Source: Escherichia phage rolling. Taken from it: DNA of 46,017 bases. Shown in pieces: positions 32,731-42,894 of this stretch. The notes below the pieces were generated by a model. The model saw nothing but the letters and a program-made list of their open reading frames with translations, was not told the DNA's origin and did no database searches. The position numbers were made by a program, and so were the translations under genes. Each line of letters opens with the position of its first letter. The first letter of the stretch is position 1. The DNA lies in sequence record NC_073056.1. One strand, written 5' to 3'.

Positions 32731-35376
32731 ATGGCAGATCAAGCAGCAGGCATCACGCTAAAGGCGGATGTTGCACAAATCAGAACGGCGAATACGGTGC
32801 TGGACTCATTCGCGCAGAAGTCCGAGAACACCGAAAACAAGGTTAAGAAATTAAACGACACGCTCGGCAACTCGAAAAAGGTGACGAGTGACGCCGCGGG
32901 CGGAATGGAGAAACTTGCGAACGAATCGCAGCGCGCCGCAGATGGCATGACGAAGCAGGAGCGACTTGCCAACCGCTTAGGCATGTCAACCAAAAACCTC
33001 GGCTTTGCCTCACGTAACGCCGCATTTCAGTTACAGGATATTGCGGTCACGCTTGAGATGGGTATGCCGGTGCACCGTGTCATGCTTCAGCAGCTACCGC
33101 AGTTAACTGGGGCATTCGGTGGCCTGGGTAACACGCTGCGTTATGTTGCTGGTTTTCTCGGTCCGGTAGGGATCGGTCTTGCTGCGGTAACGGCGACGTT
33201 AGGCGTAGGCGTGGCGATTACGTCCCGCGCCGAAAACCAGGTAGCGGCGCTGAATAAGACGCTGGCGCTATCAGGTAATATCTCTGGCCTCACCGCTAAC
33301 CAGATCCTGGTGCTGTCGGAGAACGCCGAACGCATGGGCGGGTCATTCAGCAAGACGCGTGACACAATTCAGGCACTGGCGGCAGCAGGTGTGAAAGCGG
33401 GTGCTGACTTCGGCGCACTGGCGAAAGTGGTGAACGACTTCGCGAAGGTGTCTAATCAGCCGATCGCGGACGTGGTGGAGTCCATCTCCAAATTGTCCAA
33501 CGACCCGGTGGGCGGCTTGCGCGCACTGGCGGACAAGTATCACGTCGTTACCGAGGCGCAGATCCAGCAGGTGCAATCCCTGGTGACGACGGGCCGCGAA
33601 ACCGAAGCGGTGGCGTTGGCTAACAAAACAGCCGCGGCGTCGTTCACCAGCATGACCAACGAGATCAAGTCCAACATGGGTACGCTTGAGCGGTCAATGA
33701 ACGTAGTCACATCGGCAGCCAAATCTATGTGGGATGCCATCCTGGATGTGGGCCGCGCGCAGTCCTCGAATGAGTCCGAGATGAAAGCGCGTGAATCCTT
33801 GCAGCGCATGACAACGGCCTACTATGCCGAGATGAAAGCGGTAAACGCTGCCGGTGGGGTAATGACCGAGGCGCAGAAAGCACGAATTAACATGCTTTAT
33901 AGCGAACTGGTCGCCCAGGAGAAAGTAGTAGCGTCACTCACCCTGCGCAACCGTGCTGAGCGTGACAACGCAAGCGCCGCGGACAAATCAGCGAAGGCGA
34001 ACGAGGAGGCCAACCGCACCGCCCGCGACCGCGCCGCGTTCGAGAAGGAATTTGCCACCAACGCGCAGAAGCGCGCCGACGAGATCGCCCGCCTCAATTT
34101 GCTGAATAAGCGCGGTGTGATTAACGAGAAAGAACTAGCCGAGGCGGTGAAGCAGGTCAACGAGCGCTACAAAGACCCCGCACCGAAGAAGGCGGCGGCT
34201 ATTCGCGTGGATGCTGGTGTCAAAATGCTGGAGGTCGCACGGAGCGAACTGGCGCAGCTTAAGGAGTCCGGCAAGCAGATCGAGGCCAATGCGACAACGC
34301 AGACCCGCACGCAGCGCGCACAGGCCGCGTTGAATAAGCTGGTGGCGGATAATGAGCAGATGGTCACAGCAAGCAAGGAGCGCACACTAACGGCAGCAGA
34401 AAAGCAGCAGATGGCGGAGTTCGAGGCGGTTAAAGCAGTACGCGAGCAGATCGTCGAAGAAGCCAAGTTGCTGGACGCGAAAGAGAAGCAGATCAAGGCA
34501 CACGCCCAGGTCGAGGCATTCATCAAGAACCAGAACGCTGAGCTAAGGGCCACCGCTGCGGGCTATGCGCTTTCCACTCGCGAAGCGGCTAACCTGCGCG
34601 AAGAATTACAGCTAATTGACCGCCTTCAGCGTGTCGGCGCTAACGATACTGATATTGACAACGCGGTGTCTAAGCTGCGCGAAGTGCAGGAAGCACAGAC
34701 CGGTGCTAACGCCTCGTTGTGGGATGGCTTCAGCCGCGGGCTTAAGGATAGCGTGGATGAAATGGGTAACGGCTACACGCAGATGACGTCACTCACAAAA
34801 TTCACGTTCGGCGCTATGCAGGACACGATGAACAAGTTTTTCGAGACGGGCAAGCTGAGCGCGAAGGATATGGTTAAGTCCATCCTGAGCGAATTAATCA
34901 AGCTGGCTACCTCGCAGGCGTTCAAATCCGTCGTTAGCGCTTTCGGCGGTGACGGCGGCAAAAACGGATTGTTCGGCGCTATCTTCTCCGGCCTCACTAA
35001 GAACGCAGACGGCGGAGCGTACGCAGGAGGCAACCTCGCGGCCTATTCGGGGCAAGTGGTAAGCCAGCCTACCTTTTTCAGCTATGGCGTCCAGGCGTTC
35101 GCGAAGGGCGCAGGATTGATGGGTGAGGCTGGACCCGAGGCAATCATGCCACTGAAGCGCGGGCCGGATGGGAAACTGGGCGTTGCCGCTGCCGGTGTTG
35201 GTGGGGGTGGGATGATTGTAACGACCAACGTGAACATGGGGACCGGTAAAACGGACACCAGTGTGAGCGGACCGGACCCACGCACCGCGCAGGCGTTCGG
35301 CAAGCAAATCACCGAGTCGGTCAAGGCCGAGATCGTGAAAGCGACGAAACCGGGTGGAGTACTTTACAAACGATGA
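32731..35376 (+). CDS. Tape measure protein
   Basis: 881 aa from internal ATG (M134 of track ORF 32332..35376; upstream part runs through the repeat array); coiled-coil Ala/Gln-rich centre, Gly-rich C-terminus. Confidence 0.85.
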   Translation: MADQAAGITLKADVAQIRTANTVLDSFAQKSENTENKVKKLNDTLGNSKKVTSDAAGGMEKLANESQRAADGMTKQERLANRLGMSTKNLGFASRNAAFQLQDIAVTLEMGMPVHRVMLQQLPQLTGAFGGLGNTLRYVAGFLGPVGIGLAAVTATLGVGVAITSRAENQVAALNKTLALSGNISGLTANQILVLSENAERMGGSFSKTRDTIQALAAAGVKAGADFGALAKVVNDFAKVSNQPIADVVESISKLSNDPVGGLRALADKYHVVTEAQIQQVQSLVTTGRETEAVALANKTAAASFTSMTNEIKSNMGTLERSMNVVTSAAKSMWDAILDVGRAQSSNESEMKARESLQRMTTAYYAEMKAVNAAGGVMTEAQKARINMLYSELVAQEKVVASLTLRNRAERDNASAADKSAKANEEANRTARDRAAFEKEFATNAQKRADEIARLNLLNKRGVINEKELAEAVKQVNERYKDPAPKKAAAIRVDAGVKMLEVARSELAQLKESGKQIEANATTQTRTQRAQAALNKLVADNEQMVTASKERTLTAAEKQQMAEFEAVKAVREQIVEEAKLLDAKEKQIKAHAQVEAFIKNQNAELRATAAGYALSTREAANLREELQLIDRLQRVGANDTDIDNAVSKLREVQEAQTGANASLWDGFSRGLKDSVDEMGNGYTQMTSLTKFTFGAMQDTMNKFFETGKLSAKDMVKSILSELIKLATSQAFKSVVSAFGGDGGKNGLFGAIFSGLTKNADGGAYAGGNLAAYSGQVVSQPTFFSYGVQAFAKGAGLMGEAGPEAIMPLKRGPDGKLGVAAAGVGGGGMIVTTNVNMGTGKTDTSVSGPDPRTAQAFGKQITESVKAEIVKATKPGGVLYKR

Positions 35377-35383
35377 TAAAATG

Positions 35384-35412
35384 GCCCTCACATACAACGT
35401 GGGGGCTTTTTT
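35384..35412 (+). terminator. Intrinsic terminator abutting start of minor tail gene
   Basis: GCCCTCAC-ATACAAC-GTGGGGGC followed by T6, then ATG 35413. Confidence 0.55.
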
Positions 35413-36012
35413 ATGGCGCAAGGTACAATCACACTAACGAACGGAAGTAAGACCGTCACGGGCGCGGGGACGGCGTTCCTGAGCGAGATCGGGAAGGTCC
35501 GCGTATTTGCCCGCATCGACGGCAACGACTACACCGGTAAAATCGCTGCATTCAACTCTGACACCGTCATCACCCTGGTGGATAACTGGGCCGGTCCGAC
35601 AAAAGCCGGTGCAGCCTACGAGCTAATCGAAGCGCACGACCCGCGATCAAACGAATGGCCCTATTACTGGCACATGCAATTGCAGGGCGGCGGCGACGTG
35701 CAATTGGCTTTCCGGTCGGAGGAATTGCAATTCGGTAACGGCTATGGTCAGAACATCGCAGACGGCCCGAACGCCGAGACGAAACAGTTCCCCGTGCAAT
35801 TCATCGGACTGACTACGGACAAGTGGTGTGACCCTAGACTGGTGTACAACTTCCTTCGCGGGCACTTCGTCAAGCCGTTTGTCGTCACCGCGCCGGATGG
35901 CGAAACAGGTTTATTCGTGGTCGAGCGTTCGAGCTTGTCGTACACTGACAACGGACACTACACGGCAACTGTATCAGCCACCCTTAAGACTGCTATTGGA
36001 TTCGTAAGATGA
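35413..36012 (+). CDS. Minor tail protein (gpM-position)
   Basis: ORF track; first gene after tape measure. Confidence 0.65.
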   Translation: MAQGTITLTNGSKTVTGAGTAFLSEIGKVRVFARIDGNDYTGKIAAFNSDTVITLVDNWAGPTKAGAAYELIEAHDPRSNEWPYYWHMQLQGGGDVQLAFRSEELQFGNGYGQNIADGPNAETKQFPVQFIGLTTDKWCDPRLVYNFLRGHFVKPFVVTAPDGETGLFVVERSSLSYTDNGHYTATVSATLKTAIGFVR

Positions 36013-36797
36013 ATAAACTATATCGCGAGGCGACGCGCTTTGACCCATCGGGCCGCGTTCGCCTGATTCACATTGACGCGCAGGACGTGGAGCCGGGCGA
36101 CGGCGCGATCGGCGCGGGCCACCACTATTTTCATTACTGCTTTATTCCGCATACTGCCGAAGATATTGCTGCCGCTGGTGGAGACGAGGACAAGCTGAAG
36201 CCAAAATCTATCTTCTTTGGCGGGCAGGAGTTCGAATTTTGGCCCTTCGATTTGTCCGGCCTCAACTTCTCCACATCAACGGCAGCAGAACCGCAGCTAA
36301 CTATCGTCGATATTGGCGGGATTATTACCCGGCTGTCGCTGAATCACGACCAGCTACTAGGCGCGAAGGTTGAGATCATCGACACGTTCGCGAAGTTCCT
36401 GGACAACGGGCCGGATCCAGACCCGACGCAAAAACGTGTACAGGAGTTTTACATCGACTCCCAGGTGGGCCGAAATCCGGGCAAACAAATCACCTTCGCA
36501 TTATCCTCGCCCGCGGATATGGAGGGGCAAGTAGTCCCGCGCCGCCAAATCATGAATATGTGCGAATGGGCGCTAAATGGGAAGTACGCCAGCGGGGACG
36601 GGTGCACCTGGAACCTTGCACAGCCTGGCATTAAGTATTACGACGAGCGCGGCAATGAAGTCATCGCGATGGATATGGACCGATGCGGCGGATGTTTGTC
36701 AGACTGTTACCTTCGTTTCGGACAAGGGCTTGCGGATCCGAAAGCGGCGGTACTGGACTACGGCGGCTTTCCGGGGTCCAGATTAATTAAGGGGTAG
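36009..36797 (+). CDS. Minor tail protein, gpL-like
   Basis: C-terminal Cys cluster CGGCLSDC as in lambda gpL; synteny. Confidence 0.75.
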   Translation: MNKLYREATRFDPSGRVRLIHIDAQDVEPGDGAIGAGHHYFHYCFIPHTAEDIAAAGGDEDKLKPKSIFFGGQEFEFWPFDLSGLNFSTSTAAEPQLTIVDIGGIITRLSLNHDQLLGAKVEIIDTFAKFLDNGPDPDPTQKRVQEFYIDSQVGRNPGKQITFALSSPADMEGQVVPRRQIMNMCEWALNGKYASGDGCTWNLAQPGIKYYDERGNEVIAMDMDRCGGCLSDCYLRFGQGLADPKAAVLDYGGFPGSRLIKG

Positions 36798-36799
36798 TC

Positions 36800-37540
36800 A
36801 TGTTAACGAAAAAGGTTAAGAGCGATATCGCCGCACACGTTGCGGCATGTATGCCTGAAGAAGCGTGTGGCCTGGTCGTCATGGTGGGCCGCAAACAAGT
36901 ATTCGTCCCATGCATGAACGTGTTCGAAGACCCGACCGGCGCGCGCTCGCGTAAGGACGCGTTTACAATTAGTGATATGGCATGGATGGACGCCGAGGAT
37001 ATAGGCGACGTCGTGCGCGTAGTCCACTCACATCCAGGCCAGCGCGAGCTAACCCCGTCATTGGGCGACGTTAACGGATGCAACGGCAGCGGCATAGTGT
37101 GGACCATTACCAACGAGTACGGCGACTTTATCGAGATCGACCCTGAAGACCCACCACTGGTAGGTCGCCGATTTGTTCTCGGAATTACGGATTGCTATGG
37201 CCTCGTCATGGACTGGCACAAAAAGCAGGGCGTGAATCTGCCTGACTTCCGCGTGCCGTACAACTGGTGGGAGATGGGCGAAAGCCTGTACATGGATAAC
37301 TGGTATGATGCGGGATTCAGGGAGTGCGCGGAGAATACGCCGGGGGCAATGGTCATCATGCAGATTAGCGCACCAGTGCCAAACCATGCTGGGATCTTCC
37401 TTCCGGGCAACCAACTACTACACCATATCTACGGCAGCCTGTCGAGCGTGGTCCCCTTCCGGGCAGGATTTTTCCGCGACAATGTGGTTAAATGGGTACG
37501 TCATAAAGACTTACCTGGGGAAATCACAGAATGGCAATGA
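36800..37540 (+). CDS. Tail assembly protein gpK-like (JAMM/MPN + NlpC/P60-like)
   Basis: JAMM motif HSHPGQRELTPSLGD (HxHx7Sx2D); synteny. Confidence 0.8.
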   Translation: MLTKKVKSDIAAHVAACMPEEACGLVVMVGRKQVFVPCMNVFEDPTGARSRKDAFTISDMAWMDAEDIGDVVRVVHSHPGQRELTPSLGDVNGCNGSGIVWTITNEYGDFIEIDPEDPPLVGRRFVLGITDCYGLVMDWHKKQGVNLPDFRVPYNWWEMGESLYMDNWYDAGFRECAENTPGAMVIMQISAPVPNHAGIFLPGNQLLHHIYGSLSSVVPFRAGFFRDNVVKWVRHKDLPGEITEWQ

Positions 37541-38148
37541 CCACATTTAAATTGTACGGCGTCTTAGGACGTCGTTTTGGTAAAGTGCATAAGCTGGACT
37601 GCTTCACACCTGGCGAGGGTATCACCGGCCTATGCGTGAAGTTGCCAGGCTTACAGGACTTTCTAATGTCGGCCCACCTGGAAAACATGATGTTCAAGGT
37701 GCGCAAGGGTAATCACACAATGACCGGCTACGACGAGTTGGGTGAGTTCCACGGCGACCGCGTAGTTACCATCGCGCCGGTTATGACTGGTGCTAAAAGC
37801 GGACTTGGACAATTGCTGGCTGGCGTAGCTATCGTGGTGGCGTCTTTCTACACTGGCGGGCTTGCCGCTGCCGCTTTCGGTGCTTCCGCGGCGACCGCTG
37901 CCGCTATTGGGACGGCGACGTTTTCTTTTGGTATGTCGCTTGCGCTGGGCGGCGCTATGCAATTGCTGTCACCGCAACCAAAAGGATTGCAGACACGGCA
38001 GGACGTGGATAACAAGGCGTCGTATGCGTTTGGCGGGCCTGTAAACACGACCGCGCAAGGTACGGCACTTGGTGTATTATGGGGCGAGCGTGAGATCGGC
38101 GGCGCTATTATTTCAGCCGGAATTGTAACCGAGGATTTGAACGAATGA
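37531..38148 (+). CDS. Tail assembly protein gpI-like
   Basis: Gly/Ala-rich hydrophobic C-terminus; synteny between K-like and J-like genes. Confidence 0.7.
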   Translation: MAMTTFKLYGVLGRRFGKVHKLDCFTPGEGITGLCVKLPGLQDFLMSAHLENMMFKVRKGNHTMTGYDELGEFHGDRVVTIAPVMTGAKSGLGQLLAGVAIVVASFYTGGLAAAAFGASAATAAAIGTATFSFGMSLALGGAMQLLSPQPKGLQTRQDVDNKASYAFGGPVNTTAQGTALGVLWGEREIGGAIISAGIVTEDLNE

Positions 38149-41100
38149 CGATTGTATACGACGTCACGGGTCATAAAGGCGGAGGTGGCAAACAGCACAC
38201 CCCACAGGAGACGCCTGATAGCCTGCATTCGCTGGCTAAAATCCGCATCTTGCTCGCACTGGGCGAGGGCGAATTTGAAGGCAGTCCCGACCCTAACGAA
38301 TTACGGCAGCGTGTATACCTGGACGGCACACCGATCCAGAACGCCGACCTGTCGGATAACTTCCCCGGCGCGCGCGTGGAGTTCCGCCCCGGCACGCAGC
38401 ACCAGGATGTGATTCACGGTTTTTCAGCGGTGGAAAGCGAGCAAACAGTAGGCGTAAAACTGGAGAACGGCGCGCCGTGGGTGCGCCAGATTTCGGACAC
38501 CAGTTTGGACGCCGTGCGCATTCGAATCGGTATTCCGGCCCTGTACACCAACGAAGATAATGGCGACCTGGTGGGCGGGCGCATCGACTATAAAATCGTT
38601 GTGTATACCGACAATGCTGATCCGCGGGAGTTTACATTCGCTGCCGTTGGTAAAACAATGTCGCTGTATGAGCGAGATCACCGCATCGAATTACCGCCGA
38701 ACGTTAACACCGGCTGGCGCGTGGAGGTGCACCGCACAACGGCTGATTCCACATCGGCAAAAGTGGTCAACGATATCCGGGTACAATCCATTACAGAGAT
38801 TATCGACGCCCGCCTGAGATACCCGCTAACGGCGCTGTTGTTCGTGGAGTTCGACGCTAAGGCGTTCCAGAACATCCCGCGCGTGTCCATCAAGTGCAAA
38901 GGCCGCAAAGTGCTGGTCCCGAACAACTATGACCCGATTAATCATACCTATTCGGGGGACTGGGATGGCACATTTAAACGCGCATGGACGGATAACCCTG
39001 CGTGGCACTGGTACGATATTTGTATTACTGAGCGCTTCGGCCTTGGTCGTCGTGTCAAGCCGCAAATGCTAAACCGCTATGCGCTATACCAGATCGCCCA
39101 GCGCTGCGATCAGAAAGTCAGTGACGGCAACGGCGGACAGGAAATCCGATTTAAGAATGATATGTACATTCAGTCGCAGACCGACGCATGGACCGTGCTG
39201 AAGGATTTAGCGGCAATCTTTGCAGGAATGACCTGGTGGGGCAACCAGATGTTGAATATTGTCAGTGACCAGCCGGTCGCAGCGGTATCGCATACTATCA
39301 CCAACGCCTCGGTCATTGATGGTCGATTCGACTACGCATCGGGAAGCCAGAAAACTCGGTATTCCACGTTCGCGGTAGCATACGGCAACCCGAAGAACCA
39401 CTATGATGACGCCATCGCAACGGGCCAGCGTGTCGAACTGGTGCGCCGCCATAAGATTAACCGCCTTGATATCACGGCGATCGGCTGTACGCGAGAATCT
39501 GAAGCGCAACGCCGCGGTCACTGGGCGCTAATCTCCAACCAGCTTGACCAGCAAGTTAGCTTCAAGGTTGGCATGGAGGGGCTATTCTTTATTCCGGGGA
39601 GCGTAGTCTCGATCGCAGATACTAACATTTCTGGTGGCTTCGAGACACGCGGCGGACGCCTGTTGTCAGATCCGGGCACGCGTGCCGTGCTGAACACGGA
39701 CAGCGAAATCACGTTCCGCCCTGGTGATAAATTCCTGGTGCGCACCGATAGCGGTAATGTGGAGACTCGCGAGATTGCCAGCGTCAACGGCAACCAGGTC
39801 ACGCTAAAAACCGCACTGGACTCCGACCCGATTCCCGATCAGCCGTTTTGCGTGGATGGCGACGATATCCAGTTGCAGAAGTTCCGCATCACCGATCTGG
39901 AATATGACGACGCTACCAGCACTTTTTCGGTGCGCGGGATTGAGTACAACGATAGCAAATATGATGCCGTTGATAATGGCGCGCGTCTTGATCCAGGTAT
40001 CTTCACTCAAGTGCCGGACGGCGTGATGAAGGGGCCAGAATCCGTTACTATCACCCCGTCGCAGATTTCATCGCAAGGCCAGCTAATCACCAACGTAGAT
40101 ATTGTTTTTCCGCCGGTGAAGGATGCCGTTGTGTACGAAATCCAGTGGCGACGTACCAGCTTGCAGAATATGGAAGTACAGTGGGGCAACGACTGGGTTA
40201 ACATCCCCCGCACGGCGTCGAACGGCGCGCACATCCCGAACGTGTTTTCTGGTAACTACCAGGCACGCGTCCGCGCTATCGGTATGGGCGAGATTTCATC
40301 CCCGTGGGTATCATCTGCAATCACGCCGGTAGAGGGTCGTCTTGGCGGGCTTAACGCGCCTATCATCACCAACGCGATTTCGGGTCTTCACCAAATTTTG
40401 TGGAAGTGGAACCACAACAACGCCGCGACGGATATTTCGTATACCGAGCTTGAAGTGCGCAAGCTGGGTGAGACTGAATGGAAATTCTTGACCAACGTCC
40501 CATATCCGGGGTCGGACTATGCGCAAACGTCGCTGGAGTTCGGGATCTACCAGCAGTTGCGCGCACGCGTAGCGGATAAAATCGGCAACCTGTCGGACTG
40601 GTCAGACCCGTTTGACGGTCAGGTGAGTGACAAAGTTGACGAGTACATGCAGGGGCTTGATGACGAGTTCTTGACTTCCGAGGACGGTAAACACTTCCAG
40701 GAAGCAATCGACACCATTCCGCAGGGCATTTATGAGGCCATGCTCACCGACGCGCAGCAGTTGTTTAACGCCCGCTCCGAGTATCAAGGGATTTATGCGG
40801 AAATCAAGGTGGCGTACAACGTTGCGGTGGACGCAAACGAGGCCGTAGCGCAACTGGAAACGCTGATCGGCACACGCCTTGACGATGCGGAAGCGTCAAT
40901 CCACACGTTGCAGACTGCGCAAAGCACGCACGAACAAGCGTTCGCCCAGTATCAACAAACTGTTGCCGCTAAGTTCGGGGAACAGGAAGCTGCCATCCAG
41001 CAGGTACAAACGGCAACGGCAGACGTAGCGGGCGCGCTGGCTGAGTATAAGACCCAGGTAGCGGCACAGTTCGGTCAGCAGTCCACAGCGATCGAGCAGA

Positions 41101-41564
41101 AGATGACGTCTTCGTTTAACCATGCTGGTGGAAGCGCCACATACCGCCTTAAAGCTGGCGTGACGTATAACGGGACTTACTATGATGCCGGTATGCAGCT
41201 TTCCGTTGTGGCGGAAGGCGGCGCGGTTAAATCGCGTATTGCGTTCAAGGCGGACCAGTTCTACATCATGCACCCATCTAATGGGTCGCTTTCGTCCGCG
41301 TTTATCGTTGACGGTGGTCAGGTGTACATCGACACCGCCCGCATCAAGAATGCGTCCATTAACTTTGCGCAGATAACGGACACGTTGCAGTCCAACAACT
41401 ACGACGGCAGTACTCGAGGATGGCGCTTAGGTAAGGATGGAACGTTTATCAACCTGGGGACTGGAAGCGGTGGTGGTACAAAGCAGACCAACACCAACTA
41501 CAGCGTTAAAGACGAGAACGGTGTTTTACGCGTGCAACTTGGCGAGCTTACTGGTCGCTGGTAG
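38145..41564 (+). CDS. Central tail fibre / host specificity protein, gpJ-like
   Basis: 1139 aa, size and position match lambda J. Confidence 0.85.
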   Translation: MTIVYDVTGHKGGGGKQHTPQETPDSLHSLAKIRILLALGEGEFEGSPDPNELRQRVYLDGTPIQNADLSDNFPGARVEFRPGTQHQDVIHGFSAVESEQTVGVKLENGAPWVRQISDTSLDAVRIRIGIPALYTNEDNGDLVGGRIDYKIVVYTDNADPREFTFAAVGKTMSLYERDHRIELPPNVNTGWRVEVHRTTADSTSAKVVNDIRVQSITEIIDARLRYPLTALLFVEFDAKAFQNIPRVSIKCKGRKVLVPNNYDPINHTYSGDWDGTFKRAWTDNPAWHWYDICITERFGLGRRVKPQMLNRYALYQIAQRCDQKVSDGNGGQEIRFKNDMYIQSQTDAWTVLKDLAAIFAGMTWWGNQMLNIVSDQPVAAVSHTITNASVIDGRFDYASGSQKTRYSTFAVAYGNPKNHYDDAIATGQRVELVRRHKINRLDITAIGCTRESEAQRRGHWALISNQLDQQVSFKVGMEGLFFIPGSVVSIADTNISGGFETRGGRLLSDPGTRAVLNTDSEITFRPGDKFLVRTDSGNVETREIASVNGNQVTLKTALDSDPIPDQPFCVDGDDIQLQKFRITDLEYDDATSTFSVRGIEYNDSKYDAVDNGARLDPGIFTQVPDGVMKGPESVTITPSQISSQGQLITNVDIVFPPVKDAVVYEIQWRRTSLQNMEVQWGNDWVNIPRTASNGAHIPNVFSGNYQARVRAIGMGEISSPWVSSAITPVEGRLGGLNAPIITNAISGLHQILWKWNHNNAATDISYTELEVRKLGETEWKFLTNVPYPGSDYAQTSLEFGIYQQLRARVADKIGNLSDWSDPFDGQVSDKVDEYMQGLDDEFLTSEDGKHFQEAIDTIPQGIYEAMLTDAQQLFNARSEYQGIYAEIKVAYNVAVDANEAVAQLETLIGTRLDDAEASIHTLQTAQSTHEQAFAQYQQTVAAKFGEQEAAIQQVQTATADVAGALAEYKTQVAAQFGQQSTAIEQKMTSSFNHAGGSATYRLKAGVTYNGTYYDAGMQLSVVAEGGAVKSRIAFKADQFYIMHPSNGSLSSAFIVDGGQVYIDTARIKNASINFAQITDTLQSNNYDGSTRGWRLGKDGTFINLGTGSGGGTKQTNTNYSVKDENGVLRVQLGELTGRW

Positions 41565-41567
41565 TAT

Positions 41568-41586
41568 GGGGCTTCGGCCCCTTTTT
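41568..41586 (+). terminator. Intrinsic terminator after J-like gene
   Basis: GGGGC-TTCG-GCCCC followed by T5. Confidence 0.65.
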
Positions 41587-41599
41587 AACGAGGTTATTT

Positions 41600-41902
41600 A
41601 TGGCATTCGGTATCGCAACGTGGGACGCGCAAGGACGCCCAAACAACTACGGCATTAAACCGGTAAGCGTGATCGGAAGGATTCATCTTGCGGAAGGACA
41701 AAAATCAGGCGCATGGTCATTCCCTGTGCCGGCGGGGATGAAGGTCGGATACGTGGTCGCACTGGATAAAGGCGCGGTCGGGCCAGGACGCAGAATAACC
41801 GCCAGCGGGAACACTATCACGGTTTCCGCGGCAAGTGAGGTTGGTGGCGGGGTTTACTCCGCATCTGAATGTGACGTTATTGTTTTTGTGGAGCGAGCAT
41901 AA
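41600..41902 (+). CDS. Hypothetical tail-associated protein (100 aa)
   Basis: ORF track; RBS; location in tail-fibre module. Confidence 0.55.
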   Translation: MAFGIATWDAQGRPNNYGIKPVSVIGRIHLAEGQKSGAWSFPVPAGMKVGYVVALDKGAVGPGRRITASGNTITVSAASEVGGGVYSASECDVIVFVERA

Positions 41903-42576
41903 TGGCTAATTACGGCGCGTTGATTGACTTACCAAACGGCAACCCGTTTATCACGCCAGAATCGACGCCGTTTTGTCTATTCCGCCGTGTGGTTGTTGGG
42001 TCTTCGGCTAACGGCACTGCGCAGTCGGCGGCTGCCGATATTAATTTGGGCGGTGACTACCCTGCAATAGCGTTTGTGAAAACTACGAACACCGCCCAGC
42101 CGACCGTCGTAGGGTCTTCTCGCGTTGGTAATGTGGTGAAGGTGAGCGCCAGCAATCCATTTGGGCAAGGATTCACGATGACGGCATACATCTTTGCCAT
42201 ATTCCCACAGACCCTTCCGCGGTGGGGCTTCGCTATTTGGGATAAGACGGGGAGGCTAGTGCTGACGAACGAGAGCCGGGTACTAAGCGATTTAGTTACC
42301 GTCGGATCGCCAGGCGCTAACGGGGGGATTAACATTGACCAGACGCTAAACGGCAGCTACGCCGTCGCTCCGGGCATATTGGGGTCTACGCTGATCCGGT
42401 TTTTTGTGCAGGGCCAGCCGCAGGTAATATCGGTAACGGCGTACACGGGGGCCAGATTTGATGGGTCGCGAACGCGTATATCGGCAGCGTCGTCGGGGAA
42501 CGCCACGGGGGATGTGGTTGGGTATACTAACAACGGCAACGCGATTATGGCGATTAACACTGCCAATTATGATTGA
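41902..42576 (+). CDS. Hypothetical tail-associated protein (224 aa)
   Basis: ORF track; Gly/Ser/Thr-rich. Confidence 0.6.
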   Translation: MANYGALIDLPNGNPFITPESTPFCLFRRVVVGSSANGTAQSAAADINLGGDYPAIAFVKTTNTAQPTVVGSSRVGNVVKVSASNPFGQGFTMTAYIFAIFPQTLPRWGFAIWDKTGRLVLTNESRVLSDLVTVGSPGANGGINIDQTLNGSYAVAPGILGSTLIRFFVQGQPQVISVTAYTGARFDGSRTRISAASSGNATGDVVGYTNNGNAIMAINTANYD

Positions 42577-42579
42577 AGA

Positions 42580-42600
42580 AAGCCCCGAAAGGGGCTTATT
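42580..42600. terminator. Hairpin between convergent genes (putative bidirectional terminator)
   Basis: AAGCCCC-GAAA-GGGGCTT; overlaps the stop of the minus-strand lipoprotein gene. Confidence 0.5.
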
Positions 42601-42814
42601 TGCAGGTTGTGCTTTTGAAATGGCCTACAGACACGTACTGGAAACTAAACGGATAGCCAGCCCGTAACATTTTATGACCGCTAACGTCCGCAACCCCAAA
42701 CACAGGGACTGAGTACTCCATACCACTATTCATGTATGTTGCGTCGCAGATTTTAGACGGCATATTGGCACAACCGGACAAAAGAACCACACAAATCATA
42801 ATTAAAGTTTTCAT
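42596..42814 (-). CDS. Small outer-membrane lipoprotein, Cor/Llp-like putative superinfection-exclusion protein
   Basis: Internal ATG (M22) with AGGAG RBS; signal peptide with lipobox LLSGC; 72 aa; antisense, next to tail fibre genes. Confidence 0.65.
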   Translation of the reverse strand: MKTLIMICVVLLSGCANMPSKICDATYMNSGMEYSVPVFGVADVSGHKMLRAGYPFSFQYVSVGHFKSTTCK

Positions 42815-42894
42815 GGTATCATCTCCTATATTTGGTTGGGTTTTAGTATTGCACCGCTCAACCAAGAATGCAACCAATTTATGAGGATTCAGCT

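Noticed and set aside
32739-35421. Several minus-strand ORFs inside the tape-measure gene (e.g. 33897..34160, 34167..34553, 34894..35421)
   Set aside because: Antisense to a long, well-supported gene; Ala/Ser/Arg-rich low-complexity products typical of GC-rich antisense frames
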